Of a DNA stretch of 64,000 nt, positions 1 through 10,049 are shown piece after piece. The DNA is taken from positions 544,001 to 608,000 of the forward strand of contig CBDCNQ010000004.1 in assembly GCA_965219445.1 (NCBI GenBank), read 5' to 3'. A model generated the notes under the pieces. The model was given only the letters and a program-made list of their open reading frames with translations. It was not told where the DNA came from and did no database searches. Within the stretch, counting starts at the first letter, position 1; every line of letters begins with the position of its first letter. The stretch is from Longimicrobiales bacterium (lineage in GTDB: Bacteria; Gemmatimonadota; Gemmatimonadetes; Longimicrobiales; Gaopeijiaceae). Position numbers and translations under genes: made by a program.

Positions 1-411
1 GAAGTCATAGCCGTCTCGTAACCGGTGGGGCACGAAGGGGAGTGCGTTCCCTCCGATCCTGCGGATCCACCTGGTCAGGAGGGTGGCGCCGGCGATCCCG
101 TCCACGTCGTAATCGCCGTGAACGAGGATCATCTCTCCCTCACGAACCGCGTCGAGCACCCTTTCCGTAGCATGCGCCATCCCTGCGAGTGCATCGGGAG
201 CGTCGAGTTCGGACAGCAGGGGCCGTAGGAAGGACTTCGCGCGATCCGGATTAGCAAGGCCCCGTTGCACCAATAGTGCACAGATTACCTCGGGAAGGGA
301 TAGCGCCTCTTGGAGTGACTGCACGGCAGCGGAAGTCGCCTTGCCGGGTTCTTCCCACCGGGGCTCGACGGCAGGGATCGCCGATGTGGGAGTCAGACCC
401 CCTCCTCCCAT
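1..411 (-). CDS. recJ: ssDNA exonuclease RecJ, N-terminal part (runs off window)
   Basis: Manual translation from ATG at 411 gives ...MILVHGDYDVDGIAGATLL...FVPHRLRDGYDF, the RecJ DHH motif I and PxR..GY motif; not in the ORF track because it has no stop in the window. Confidence 0.9.
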   Translation of the reverse strand, partial: MGGGGLTPTSAIPAVEPRWEEPGKATSAAVQSLQEALSLPEVICALLVQRGLANPDRAKSFLRPLLSELDAPDALAGMAHATERVLDAVREGEMILVHGDYDVDGIAGATLLTRWIRRIGGNALPFVPHRLRDGYDF

Positions 412-437
412 GTCAGCGGCTCACAGAAGCGGCACGC

Positions 438-1583
438 CTAGAGGTCGGCGGTCGGTTCTTGTGGCTCCGCCTCCTCGGCACCGAGTCCCTCATCACCGGG
501 CTCCTCAGCGGTGACCTCATCGGCTTCCTCGGCTTCCTCCCCGGCAGCGGCTTCCTCGACCCTCGGCTCCGCGGCCGGGACCTCGTCCGAACTGACTCCC
601 ACCATCGCCAACTCGTCGGCAGGGACATCACCAAAGACAACATCCTCGAGCCCCAGCGCCCCGGAAAGCACCTCGCCAGTGTCCGTCTCCTCGAGGGCGA
701 CCTCCTCTGTCGCGACCTCTGTGGTCGGCTCTTCCTCGGCGGCGGCTTCCTCGGCCTCTTGAAACGCATTACCCTCCGAGACCGCAGCCCGCTCCGCTTC
801 CCTCAGCTCCGTCGAAGCCTTGAGGGCTCGCGCGATCCTTTCTCCTTCTTCCTGCGCGCGAGCGATTCCCTCGGAGGATTCCGGTGTCAGGATCACGCCA
901 CAGCCCTCACATCGGATCATCTCATCGGTGTGGCGTATCTGGTTCTGTACCTGGAGGGGGACCATGTTGTAGCAGTTGCCGCAGGCGCCATCCTGAGTGA
1001 GCTCAGCGACGGCGACTTCTCTGGCTCCGGCCATGATGCTGTCGTAGATCCGTCGCTCGTCCGGATCGATTCCGTCCGCGAATGCGTCTCGGTCGGCCTG
1101 AAGCGTCTCGAGCTTGCTTTGGGCTTCCGCTTGCCCCTGCAACAACTCCTTCCGGCGGGGCTCGACTTCGGCCAGAGCCTCACGGTACGCGCTTTGCTGC
1201 TCCTGGTGCCGCTCCTCCAAACGCTTGATCTGGTCCAGGAGACTCAGGGCCTCCTGTTCCTCACTCTCGAGGGCCCGCCGGACCATCTCCAGTTCAGCAT
1301 GCACCGCCGCCTCTTCTCGCACGTTCCGGACCGCCTCCATGCGTTCTTGAAGCTTGGTCGCCCGGACCCTCCGCTCTTCGATCGTCAGTTCGATCCTGTT
1401 CTCCTCGAGCTTGATCTCCTTGAGTCGGCTTTCGAGGGCCTCTACCTCCTGCTCAAGCCGGAGCACCGGTGCATCGACTTCCTCTAGGAGGGGCTCGAAG
1501 TCCTCCAATGTCGACCGAACGAGGGCGACCTCCTGGTCCAAATGCTGGAGTTCCTTCAGGGATGTCCGTGTCTGTGGTGTCAT
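438..1583 (-). CDS. Coiled-coil protein with C4 zinc ribbon (DUF164-like) and long acidic C-terminal tail
   Basis: Heptad-like Glu/Leu N-terminus, CGNC...CEGC, then about 140 aa Glu/Ala/Pro-rich tail. Confidence 0.85.
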   Translation of the reverse strand: MTPQTRTSLKELQHLDQEVALVRSTLEDFEPLLEEVDAPVLRLEQEVEALESRLKEIKLEENRIELTIEERRVRATKLQERMEAVRNVREEAAVHAELEMVRRALESEEQEALSLLDQIKRLEERHQEQQSAYREALAEVEPRRKELLQGQAEAQSKLETLQADRDAFADGIDPDERRIYDSIMAGAREVAVAELTQDGACGNCYNMVPLQVQNQIRHTDEMIRCEGCGVILTPESSEGIARAQEEGERIARALKASTELREAERAAVSEGNAFQEAEEAAAEEEPTTEVATEEVALEETDTGEVLSGALGLEDVVFGDVPADELAMVGVSSDEVPAAEPRVEEAAAGEEAEEADEVTAEEPGDEGLGAEEAEPQEPTADL

Positions 1584-1617
1584 GAAACGCTCATCGCTCG
1601 AATGCCCTTGAATGGCC

Positions 1618-3420
1618 CTATGGGTGATTGTCCTTCAGTGCTCGGCGTACAGTCGGCGACCAGTCTCTCCCCAACTCCCGGCGCTCTTTGCTCAGCCGAG
1701 CTTTTTCCCCGAGGAGTTGGGTCTCTTGTTGTTCGTCCAAGGTATTCTGTAGGAGATGGTCGACCGCGTCGAGCCTCTCTTGCAACAAAGTACTGAGAAT
1801 CTTGCTCAACGATTCCTCGAAAACCCGGTGCGCACGGCTGAGTTCCGTCGGATCGGCCAGCAACTCTTCCAGCACGTGGGCGGCCTCCGGAGCCATCTTC
1901 TCCGGCGGATGCGTCAGATCATGGTCCGCCAAAAGGGACTCGAAGACGGCACGATACCTGACGTCCACGAAGTCGTGAGGACCGAGGCGCTCCCCAACAC
2001 GCTCGATCCAATCGCGGTCCTTCGTCATGAGAAGGAGTAACTCGCGCTCCGGCCCCATTTCGGGCACGAAGGCCGCGGACGTGCGGCGGTGATCCCTCCG
2101 CCGCGCCACCCTTGATGGTACGGGCGGAGGCACGGCTCGCGCCAATTCGCCCTCCAGCGTGTCCCGACGTACGCCTGTTCGCTCCGAGACCTTCGCAATG
2201 TAGATGTCGCGCAACGCGGGATCCTGCACAGCACGAATGGTCGGAAGCAGCCGGTCAATGGCCGTCCTTGTGTGCTCGATGCTCCTGAAATGATCGTGCT
2301 CTTCCAGGATCTGTAGCTTCCGGTCGAGAACGTCCACCGCCCCATCGATGTGGCCTTGAAGTGCCTCGGCCCCCCCGGCGTGAACGATCGTGTCCGGATC
2401 CTCTCCCGGCGGGAGCGTAACGATGCACGGGTGCACACCCCCGGCCAGTAGCAGATCCGCGGCCCGAAACGTCGCCTTGAGTCCGGCCGCGTCACTATCG
2501 AACAGGAGGTGTGCCCTGGATGTAAAACGCCGTAGAAGGGCCACCTGGTCCGGAGTGACCGCCGTTCCCAATGGGGCGACCGCGTTCTCGAATCCGGCAA
2601 CCGCAAGGGAAACAGCATCCATGTAGCCCTCCACCACGAGAGCCGTTTCCCGCCTGCGAATCGCATTCTTTGCCCAGTTCAACCCGTAAAGGATTTCCCC
2701 TTTGTGGTAGATCGGAGACTCAGGGGAGTTGACGTATTTGGGGGATCCCTCCGTACCGGCACCCAATACGCGGCCGCCGAAACCGACGACCTTACCGAAA
2801 AGACTCTCGATCGGAAAGATGAGCCGGTCGCGGAATCGATCGTACGGATCCTTGCGCTTTTCGCTGCGGGCCACGAGGCCGACTTCGATCAGAACCTCCT
2901 CCCCGATTCCGTGGTGCGACGCCGCCTCGTGAAGCCCACGCCAGGCATCAGGAGCGTAGCCGAGTCCGAAACGCTCAGCCGTCTCCCGGTCGATGCCCCG
3001 CTCCTCCAAATACGCCCCCGCCACGCGGCCCACCGTCTCGTCCCAGAGCGAGTCCTGGAAGAACATGCGTGCGAAGGCATTGGCCTCGTAGAGGTGCCGA
3101 AACGGATCCTCACCGCTCCGACCCCTGCTCACTTCCCTGATCTCCACGCCGGTACTGGCAGCCACGTGCTTGACGGCATCCACGAAGTTGAGGCCGAGAC
3201 GCTTCATGAGGAACGCGAAAACGTCACCGGACTCCCCGCACCCGAAACACTTGTAGAATCCTTTCGCCGGGACCACATAGAAGCTCGGCGTTTTTTCGTC
3301 GTGGAACGGGCAGCAGGCCTTGTAGTCCTTCCCTGATTTCTTCAGAGGCACGATGTCGCCGATCACCTGAACGATGTCGGCACGGGCACGGACCTCCTCG
3401 ACCTGATCGTCCGGGATCAT
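1618..3420 (-). CDS. dnaG: DNA primase
   Basis: CPFHDEKTPSF...CFGC zinc finger, KYVNSPE, TOPRIM VVEGYMD and FDSDAAG; start MIPDDQVEEV overlaps the mutS2 stop. Confidence 0.97.
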   Translation of the reverse strand: MIPDDQVEEVRARADIVQVIGDIVPLKKSGKDYKACCPFHDEKTPSFYVVPAKGFYKCFGCGESGDVFAFLMKRLGLNFVDAVKHVAASTGVEIREVSRGRSGEDPFRHLYEANAFARMFFQDSLWDETVGRVAGAYLEERGIDRETAERFGLGYAPDAWRGLHEAASHHGIGEEVLIEVGLVARSEKRKDPYDRFRDRLIFPIESLFGKVVGFGGRVLGAGTEGSPKYVNSPESPIYHKGEILYGLNWAKNAIRRRETALVVEGYMDAVSLAVAGFENAVAPLGTAVTPDQVALLRRFTSRAHLLFDSDAAGLKATFRAADLLLAGGVHPCIVTLPPGEDPDTIVHAGGAEALQGHIDGAVDVLDRKLQILEEHDHFRSIEHTRTAIDRLLPTIRAVQDPALRDIYIAKVSERTGVRRDTLEGELARAVPPPVPSRVARRRDHRRTSAAFVPEMGPERELLLLMTKDRDWIERVGERLGPHDFVDVRYRAVFESLLADHDLTHPPEKMAPEAAHVLEELLADPTELSRAHRVFEESLSKILSTLLQERLDAVDHLLQNTLDEQQETQLLGEKARLSKERRELGRDWSPTVRRALKDNHP

Positions 3421-5768
3421 TTGAAGCTCGCCACGGTAACGCCCGCCCCACCCTCGATGCGTCCGCCGACCCGGAAGGCGGACACTCGGCCATCGTCTTC
3501 GAGCAACGTATTCACCCGTGCTCGCACTGCACCGGTCCCTTTGCCATGGATGATCCTCAGTTCCGTGAGATCGCAAAGGATCGCCTCATCTATTGAGCGC
3601 AACAACGCCAGGTCGACCTCGTCCACTCGAAGCCCACGGAGGTCGACCTCTGTGTGGACCGTTCCGTCGGGGGTCTTCCACAACGCCGACCCCGCCGAAC
3701 TGTCCCGAGCCGCGTCGCCTTGGCTCGCCGGCTCCAAGTCCGCAATGTGCACCTTCATCCGGATCCCGGACGCATCGATGACGGCGCGGTCGTCTCTCAC
3801 CTCGGCCACAACCCCCTTCAGTCCTCCGTCGAGGAGTCGCACCCGGTCACCCGGTGTGAAGGTCGCAGAGCCCGACCCACGCTGGCCGCCGCGTCGGAGT
3901 TCCTTCTGACGGCGGGCCGCGTCTTCGACCCTTTGCCGGGCACTGCGCGCGGCGCTCTCCAGCTCCTTGGCGGATGATACCTCCCGAACCTCCCGGATGG
4001 CCTCCTCCACCTCCTGTCGAGCCTCCATCAAGATGCGCCGTGCGTCCTCACGGGCTGTCCGCTCGGCTTCGCGCTCTGTATTGCGGAGGTCGGCCTCGCG
4101 AGCCTCTACCTCCGCCCGGAGCCCGGCGGTCTCCTCCCGCTCACGACTCAGCTTGTCGACCAGTTCGCGAGCCTCTTTTTCCTTCCTCTCGAGACGCTCG
4201 AGAAGATCGTCGATCGAGGCGTCACCACCCTCCATGTGGGCCTCCGCCCGCTCGAGCACTTGGACGGAAAGTCCAAGACGGCGGGCGGTCGCTAGACCAT
4301 AGCTTCGCCCCGGCCTCCCCTTCACGAGCTCATACGTGGGCTTCATCTCGTCGGGGTCGAACTGGAGGGAGGCGTTGACGACACCGATGCCCTCGGTGTC
4401 GAGGCGCTTCAGGGCCCCGAGGTGGGATGTGGCCACCGCGGTAGCTCCCCTGCCCGAGAGGTGCTCGATCAGAGCCCGTGAGAGTGCGGCACCCTCGGCC
4501 GGATCGGTGCCCGTTCCCATCTCATCGAGAAGCACCAGCGACCGTTTGCCGGCGCGCTCGACCACCTCCTTCCAAATCGTCAGGTGAGCGGAAAAGGTCG
4601 AGAGACTTTCCGCAATGGACTGCTCGTCTCCGATATCGGCGAAGATGGAGTCGAAGATCGGAAGTCGGGTCCCCTCTTCGACCGGTGGGACGACACCGCT
4701 CTGGGTCAGGGAGACGATCAGCCCCACAGCCTTCAGAAACACACTCTTGCCACCCGTATTGGGACCCGAAACGACAAGGATGCGCTCACCGGGCTCCAAG
4801 CTCAGGTCGAACGGCACTACAGGGTCCTCGGAACTCGCCAGCAGCAGTGGGTGGCGGCCCCGAACGATGATCCAGCCCTCCGACTCATCCGAGAGCCTGG
4901 GGCGACAAGCCCCCCAATCGCTGGCAGCCCGAGCCCGAGCGGCGAGTGAGTCGAAGTCGACAAGCGCCTCCCAACTGTCGGTCAGTAACCGATGTAGCGG
5001 CCGTAGTCTCTCGGTGATCTCGGTAAGGATGCGATGGATCTCCCTCGCTTCTTCCCGCTCCAGCGCCCGCAACTCGTTCGTGAGCTCGATGGCCATGGGC
5101 GGCTCCACAAAGAGCGTCGCACCCGTATGGGATTCATCGTGAACGATTCCGCCCACGTCTTTCTTTCCCTCTCGGCGAACCGGCACGACATAGCGCCCGT
5201 CGCGAACACCGACGGACGCATCCGCGACCCTGACCCGCTCCGGTAAGTCCGCGACAAACGCCTCCAGCTTGCGCACGATCTTGTTTCGCGAGGCGCGAAG
5301 TCGCTTACGGATGCGTCGGAGATCAGGGCTGGCGGTGTCCAGGATTTCTCCCGAATCGTCCGTAGTTTTTGAGATGCGGGTCTCGAGATCCGAGTCTGTA
5401 TGTATTCTGGATCGCACAAAAGCAAGAGCCGCGAAGGATTCCTCATCCAGTGCTTCGGCCAATTGGCGTCCGGAGAGGAGCGAAACACCCAAGTCGTACA
5501 GCTCCACCCCCTCCAACACACTCCCCTCGACCGCCAGACGCTCGAAAAGCGTCAAACAATCAGGGATCTCAGGGGACGACCAAGCTGAGTGTGCCTTGAG
5601 GAAGGCTTCCGTCTCCGATACTCGAGTGAGCTCGCGATCCACCCACACTCGATCCGTACTCGGCCGCATGGAGAGGACGGCCGCGCGTCCAGCCTCAGAC
5701 GTGGCGCGCCCCGCCACTTGTTCAAGGGCTCGATGGAAGTCCAGAACGGTGAGGGCGTGGTCGCTCAT
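3417..5768 (-). CDS. mutS2: MutS2 family protein with C-terminal Smr domain
   Basis: SGPNTGGKS, DIGDEQSI, LLDEMGTGTDP, Smr DLRG...IIHGKGTG; start taken at MSDHALTVLDF. Confidence 0.95.
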   Translation of the reverse strand: MSDHALTVLDFHRALEQVAGRATSEAGRAAVLSMRPSTDRVWVDRELTRVSETEAFLKAHSAWSSPEIPDCLTLFERLAVEGSVLEGVELYDLGVSLLSGRQLAEALDEESFAALAFVRSRIHTDSDLETRISKTTDDSGEILDTASPDLRRIRKRLRASRNKIVRKLEAFVADLPERVRVADASVGVRDGRYVVPVRREGKKDVGGIVHDESHTGATLFVEPPMAIELTNELRALEREEAREIHRILTEITERLRPLHRLLTDSWEALVDFDSLAARARAASDWGACRPRLSDESEGWIIVRGRHPLLLASSEDPVVPFDLSLEPGERILVVSGPNTGGKSVFLKAVGLIVSLTQSGVVPPVEEGTRLPIFDSIFADIGDEQSIAESLSTFSAHLTIWKEVVERAGKRSLVLLDEMGTGTDPAEGAALSRALIEHLSGRGATAVATSHLGALKRLDTEGIGVVNASLQFDPDEMKPTYELVKGRPGRSYGLATARRLGLSVQVLERAEAHMEGGDASIDDLLERLERKEKEARELVDKLSREREETAGLRAEVEAREADLRNTEREAERTAREDARRILMEARQEVEEAIREVREVSSAKELESAARSARQRVEDAARRQKELRRGGQRGSGSATFTPGDRVRLLDGGLKGVVAEVRDDRAVIDASGIRMKVHIADLEPASQGDAARDSSAGSALWKTPDGTVHTEVDLRGLRVDEVDLALLRSIDEAILCDLTELRIIHGKGTGAVRARVNTLLEDDGRVSAFRVGGRIEGGAGVTVASFK

Positions 5769-5799
5769 CCCACGGAAGCGTGGGAGAGCCCTTCCAGAC

Positions 5800-6237
5800 T
5801 CACGCGAGCTCCTCCCGGACGATGCGGTTCGCTTCCTTTCCATCGAAGCGTCCCCGGATCTTCGGCATGATTCGGCCCATCACTGCACCCATCTCCGTGG
5901 CGCCGGTATCGATCGCCTCCCGTACGATGGCCTGCACGTCGGACGCGGAGAGAGCGGGGGGTAGGTAGCCCTGGAGTATCGTGGCCTCCTCGGATTCCTT
6001 GTCGGCCAACTCCGGACGTCCGGCCTCCCTCATTTGCTCCGCCGCGTCACGTCGCTGCTTGATCGCCTTGGCGACGACAGCCTGAACCCCCTCGTCATCC
6101 AACTCCTCGCCGACCTCGATCTCCCGATTGCGTACATCCGAAAGGAGGGTCGTGAGGACCACGGTTCCCAACCGATTTCGGGCCTTGCGGACCACGACGA
6201 GGTCGTTCCGGAGCCTCGTTTTCAGATCTTCCGCCAT
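5800..6237 (-). CDS. GatB/YqeY domain protein
   Basis: KQRRDAAEQMREAGRPELADKE...YLP...MGAVMG pattern. Confidence 0.9.
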   Translation of the reverse strand: MAEDLKTRLRNDLVVVRKARNRLGTVVLTTLLSDVRNREIEVGEELDDEGVQAVVAKAIKQRRDAAEQMREAGRPELADKESEEATILQGYLPPALSASDVQAIVREAIDTGATEMGAVMGRIMPKIRGRFDGKEANRIVREELA

Positions 6238-6244
6238 GTGGGGG

Positions 6245-6273
6245 AAGCTACCCGTGAGCCCTGGTAGGGTCAA
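6245..6273 (-). promoter_or_regulatory. Sigma70-type promoter of the YqeY gene (probably leaderless)
   Basis: TTGACC-N17-TAGCTT, with 7 nt between the -10 box and the ATG at 6237; no SD. Confidence 0.55.
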
Positions 6274-6437
6274 CGCGAAGGCAAGGTCGCAGCCGAGGTG
6301 CTCTAACCGCCCGCGGCGCGGCTGCCGGCCGCCATAAATCAGGTCTCATCGAGCTATGGAGCCGCCCTCACCCGATGACTATCCTCGGAGCATTTCTGGA
6401 GAGGCCGATTGCTTGTTTTCCATGACCTGGGGAGATC

Positions 6438-7259
6438 ATGAAGACCATACCAGACCTTGCCCGCAAGATCCTGAGTCGTTCTCCCACGCCAGCGCTTCCG
6501 CTCCCTCTCCTCCTCGAGGCCATCGAAGAGGAGGCCGCCGGCCGGGTCGCCGATGCCGAGCGGATCCTAACGCAGATTCGGTCGCGTCCCGACCTGTTTC
6601 GTGTGCTCGACCCCGTGATCGGCCCTTGGCGTCGTGCGACGGCCAAGCCAGGCGAGGTCCCGCCATGGAGCCCCGAAACCTGGGTGCTCGGCCTCGATCC
6701 CAACACCGGAGCTAGCTCACCGATATCGGCCCGCACCGTGGAAAGTCTTCGGTGTCTGGGAAGGAGGGTCGATGAGAATTCGGCCACGGCCGTGGCACGC
6801 TGGCTTCTGCTGATCGAGCGCTTAGTCAACGCGAAGCGTGAACCACCCAGTACGCCACTCTCCCTCGGAGTCGACATCCGTGAGCCCGAAGCCCACAAGC
6901 GCTGCGGACTGGGACACTCCAAGCCACTCGTCTCCCGTGATCCCGCTCAAGATTATCCAGCCCCCGTGCCTCAGCTCATCCGCGAAGCTCCCCAAGAGCG
7001 GCACCAGGACCCCCGCCTCAATGTTGGCCAAGATGCCATCGAAGAGTCCGCGTCCACGCAGCCAGTCGGGGGTCACGGCCTCCTCCTCGATCCGGACGGA
7101 GTCGGTGACCCCATTGACGACCGCGTTCTCCCGAGCGGCTTCACACGCATACGGATCGATATCCACTGCCAGGACGTGATGCGCACCCAGGCGGGCGGCG
7201 GAAATCGCGAGAATGGCCGAGCCGCAACCCGCATCGAGAAGCCTCTCGCCGGGGGATAG
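6438..7259 (+). CDS. Hypothetical protein (only the first ~130 aa are free of overlap; the rest is antisense to prmA)
   Basis: GGAG SD-like sequence before ATG; fills an otherwise empty gap; no recognised motif. Confidence 0.45.
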   Translation: MKTIPDLARKILSRSPTPALPLPLLLEAIEEEAAGRVADAERILTQIRSRPDLFRVLDPVIGPWRRATAKPGEVPPWSPETWVLGLDPNTGASSPISARTVESLRCLGRRVDENSATAVARWLLLIERLVNAKREPPSTPLSLGVDIREPEAHKRCGLGHSKPLVSRDPAQDYPAPVPQLIREAPQERHQDPRLNVGQDAIEESASTQPVGGHGLLLDPDGVGDPIDDRVLPSGFTRIRIDIHCQDVMRTQAGGGNRENGRAATRIEKPLAGG

Positions 7260-7718
7260 GGCCCGGTCCATCAGCCTGAGAGCTCCCCGCGTCGTCTCAT
7301 GTTCGGCCGTGCCGAACGCCATGCCAGGGTCGATAGTGATCACAGCCGCACCCTCAGGAGCTTCGGCCTCGCACCAGCTCGGGGTGATGACCAAACGGTC
7401 GGTGACCGCTCTCGGGCCGAGACCCTGTTTCCACAAAACGGACCAATCTCCGTGGTCCTGCCAGCGCCAAGTCAAGTCGATGTGGTCAAGTCCCGAGGCT
7501 TCCTTAAGCACGTCATGGACCCGTTTCACGAAAACCTCCGGGTCCGCCGGCGGAGGCACGTAGGTGATCAATCGACCGTCCGCCTCCTGAATTCCTCTCG
7601 CGCCAAGGCCAAATAGGGGCTCGATCAGGAGTTCCGATATCATGGGCGAGACGGAATCAACCGAGATGGTCAACCAGCGGTCGGGTGTGACGTCGGAGGA
7701 TTCCGAGGCGTCGATCAC
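6822..7718 (-). CDS. prmA: Ribosomal protein L11 methyltransferase
   Basis: [36 protein letters not shown] start overlaps the dnaJ stop. Confidence 0.93.
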   Translation of the reverse strand: MIDASESSDVTPDRWLTISVDSVSPMISELLIEPLFGLGARGIQEADGRLITYVPPPADPEVFVKRVHDVLKEASGLDHIDLTWRWQDHGDWSVLWKQGLGPRAVTDRLVITPSWCEAEAPEGAAVITIDPGMAFGTAEHETTRGALRLMDRALSPGERLLDAGCGSAILAISAARLGAHHVLAVDIDPYACEAARENAVVNGVTDSVRIEEEAVTPDWLRGRGLFDGILANIEAGVLVPLLGSFADELRHGGWIILSGITGDEWLGVSQSAALVGFGLTDVDSEGEWRTGWFTLRVD

Positions 7719-8878
7719 GCCTGGGTGAAGGCCTCTTTGACCCGGGACCATATGCTCCTGCCGGAGTCTCCATCGAGTTGCTCGGGCGCCGGCTCCTCCA
7801 GGTCACGAAGTGTACGAATCGCTTCCTCCTGGTCGGGCGTCAGCCGCTCCGGCGTCCACACCACGATTCGTACCAGTTGGTCCCCCTTACCGCGCCCATG
7901 GAGCTCTGGAAGCCCCTGGCCTTTGAGGCGTAAAACCTCCCCGCTCTGGATCCCCTTCGGAATGGTCAATCTGACCGTCCCGTCCACGGTCGGAACCTCG
8001 GCCTCATCCCCCAAAGCCGCTTGGGAGAAGGTGATGGGCAGTTCGTATCGCAGGTGCGGCCCGTCGCGTACGAATCGGAGGTCCTCCTCCACCTCGATCA
8101 GCACCAGGACATCCCCCCGCGGACCACCCCTCGGTCCCACGTGGCCCTCGCCACGCAAGGTGATGAAGTTCTCGGACGTCACACCCGGTGGGATCTCCAC
8201 CTTGACGGGCCGCTCGGAGCGGGCTCGTCCTTCACCGTGGCACGTGGGGCACGGCTCTTCGATGACACGGCCCTCCCCCCGACACGCGCGGCACGGCACC
8301 ACACTGACGAACTGCCCGAACACCGTTCGCTGCGCCTGACGCACCTCCCCCGACCCCTCACACGTCGCGCACGGAGCCGGGGCGGCTCCGTCGGCACTCC
8401 CGCTTCCCGAACACCGCTCGCAGGTGTCCAGGATCGCCACCTTCAGCGTCTTGGTTACACCCGTGGCCACCTCCTGGAGGGAGACGCGTACCCTGACCTT
8501 GATTGCCTGGCCTTGTGGCGCCGACCGCGATCCGCCTCTCTGCTGCCTTCCGCCGAAAAGGTCCTCGATCCCCCCGAAACCCCCGAAATCCCTCATGAAG
8601 ACCTCGAGCGCGTCGGAGAAGTCGAAACCCCCGAATCCGCCCGCCCCACCCGCACCGCGCTTCAGCCCCTGCTCTCCGTACTGATCGTAGATCGAGCGCT
8701 TCTCAGAATCTGAGAGAACTTCGTAGGCCTCGGTCACCTGCTTGAACCGGTCGTCGTTCTCCTTCGAGTCCTGGTTCCGATCGGGATGGTACTTCAAGGC
8801 TAGCTTACGGTACGCCCTCTTGATCTCGTCCGTGCCGGCGCCCTTTGAGACGCCCAGCAAGTCATAGTAGTCGGCCAT
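7715..8878 (-). CDS. dnaJ: Chaperone DnaJ
   Basis: J domain HPD, G/F region, four CxxCxGxG repeats. Confidence 0.98.
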   Translation of the reverse strand: MADYYDLLGVSKGAGTDEIKRAYRKLALKYHPDRNQDSKENDDRFKQVTEAYEVLSDSEKRSIYDQYGEQGLKRGAGGAGGFGGFDFSDALEVFMRDFGGFGGIEDLFGGRQQRGGSRSAPQGQAIKVRVRVSLQEVATGVTKTLKVAILDTCERCSGSGSADGAAPAPCATCEGSGEVRQAQRTVFGQFVSVVPCRACRGEGRVIEEPCPTCHGEGRARSERPVKVEIPPGVTSENFITLRGEGHVGPRGGPRGDVLVLIEVEEDLRFVRDGPHLRYELPITFSQAALGDEAEVPTVDGTVRLTIPKGIQSGEVLRLKGQGLPELHGRGKGDQLVRIVVWTPERLTPDQEEAIRTLRDLEEPAPEQLDGDSGRSIWSRVKEAFTQA

Positions 8879-8915
8879 TTATCTGCGTGAGAATCCGGTT
8901 CGGTGTGGTGTTCCG

Positions 8916-9986
8916 CTAGACACCGAGAACACTGTTGACGAGCGTCGACGTATAGTCGACGATCGCGATCACCTTTTCGTACGGCATCCGGGTGGGACCG
9001 ATCACGCCGATCACACCCTTGAGTTGTCCGACCCGGTATTCCGCTGTAACCAGCGTGAAATCGGACAGGGCCTCCTCAGGATTTTCGCTCCCGATGGTGA
9101 TCTTTAGTCCGCCCTTGTGCTCCCGGTTCCCCAGGACGTCGGCAAGCAGAGCCCTTTGCTCCGTCAGCTCGATGAGCCCTTTGAGTCGCTCTCCAGTGTT
9201 GAACTCAGGCTGAGAAGCGAGGACACTGGTCTGGCCGAGATGGACCTTGCCCTCTTGCAGCGGCGTCCAGTCGAGCAGCTCGGAGCCGGACTGAATGAAG
9301 ATATTCAAGAGTTCGTTGGCCCCTCCACCGCCCATCCCCGTATCCCTCAGACGGTCAGGCAGGGTCTTCCTTATCGCCTGAAGCGTCAGGCCCGCGAGCC
9401 GCTCATTGAGGACCTGCGTCACACTCGCCAGAACGTCGGGCTGAACCTCGCCTGGTAGATCGACGTAAACCGTGTGGACGAACCCGCTCTTTATGGACAT
9501 CACCATCAAGATCTTCGCGCTCGAGACCTGAATCAGCTCGAGTCGCTCAAGGATCGCCTCCTCCAGACTTGGAGCGACAGCCACGCCCAACTCTCTCGAA
9601 AGGAGGCTGAGAGCCCGGATCGCACGCTGTACGAGTCTCTCGACCGCCGAAGATCCACCGATCTCGATCTCCTGGACGAGGCGCTGACGCTCCACGTCGG
9701 TCAGCGGCTGCGGCCGCATGATCCGGTCGACGTAGAAGCGGTATGCGTGGTCTGTCGGGATGCGCCCGGCGGAGGTGTGCCGATGGAAGAGATACCCCTT
9801 GGTCTCGAGGTCGCTCATCGTATTCCGCACGGTAGCCGGCGATACTCCGAGATTGAACCTCTTTGCCAACGTTCGACTCCCGGCCGGCTCCGCGAAGTCC
9901 ACGTACGTACGGACCACGGCCTCGAGCACGCGTCGTTCGCGCTCCGAGAGATCCTGACCGATCGGTTGGGGGTTATCTGGACTCAT
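8916..9986 (-). CDS. hrcA: Heat-inducible transcription repressor HrcA
   Basis: SPATVRNTMSDLE...HTSAGRIPT, IGPTRMPY. Confidence 0.97.
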   Translation of the reverse strand: MSPDNPQPIGQDLSERERRVLEAVVRTYVDFAEPAGSRTLAKRFNLGVSPATVRNTMSDLETKGYLFHRHTSAGRIPTDHAYRFYVDRIMRPQPLTDVERQRLVQEIEIGGSSAVERLVQRAIRALSLLSRELGVAVAPSLEEAILERLELIQVSSAKILMVMSIKSGFVHTVYVDLPGEVQPDVLASVTQVLNERLAGLTLQAIRKTLPDRLRDTGMGGGGANELLNIFIQSGSELLDWTPLQEGKVHLGQTSVLASQPEFNTGERLKGLIELTEQRALLADVLGNREHKGGLKITIGSENPEEALSDFTLVTAEYRVGQLKGVIGVIGPTRMPYEKVIAIVDYTSTLVNSVLGV

Positions 9987-10049
9987 TCTTAAGAATATCG
10001 AGAAACGGCATTTGGCGCGCTGGAAGATCGAATTTCCGACAGCATCCAG

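Noticed and set aside
276..1487. Long plus-strand ORFs (e.g. 276-1487, 16360-17955, 28024-28893, 31114-32121) and the minus-strand ORF 40775-41713
   Set aside because: Antisense or alternate-frame shadows of well-supported genes, expected in GC-rich DNA; no motifs
9987..10049. CIRCE operator upstream of hrcA or dnaJ
   Set aside because: No TTAGCACTC-N9-GAGTGCTAA match seen here or at 8879-8915
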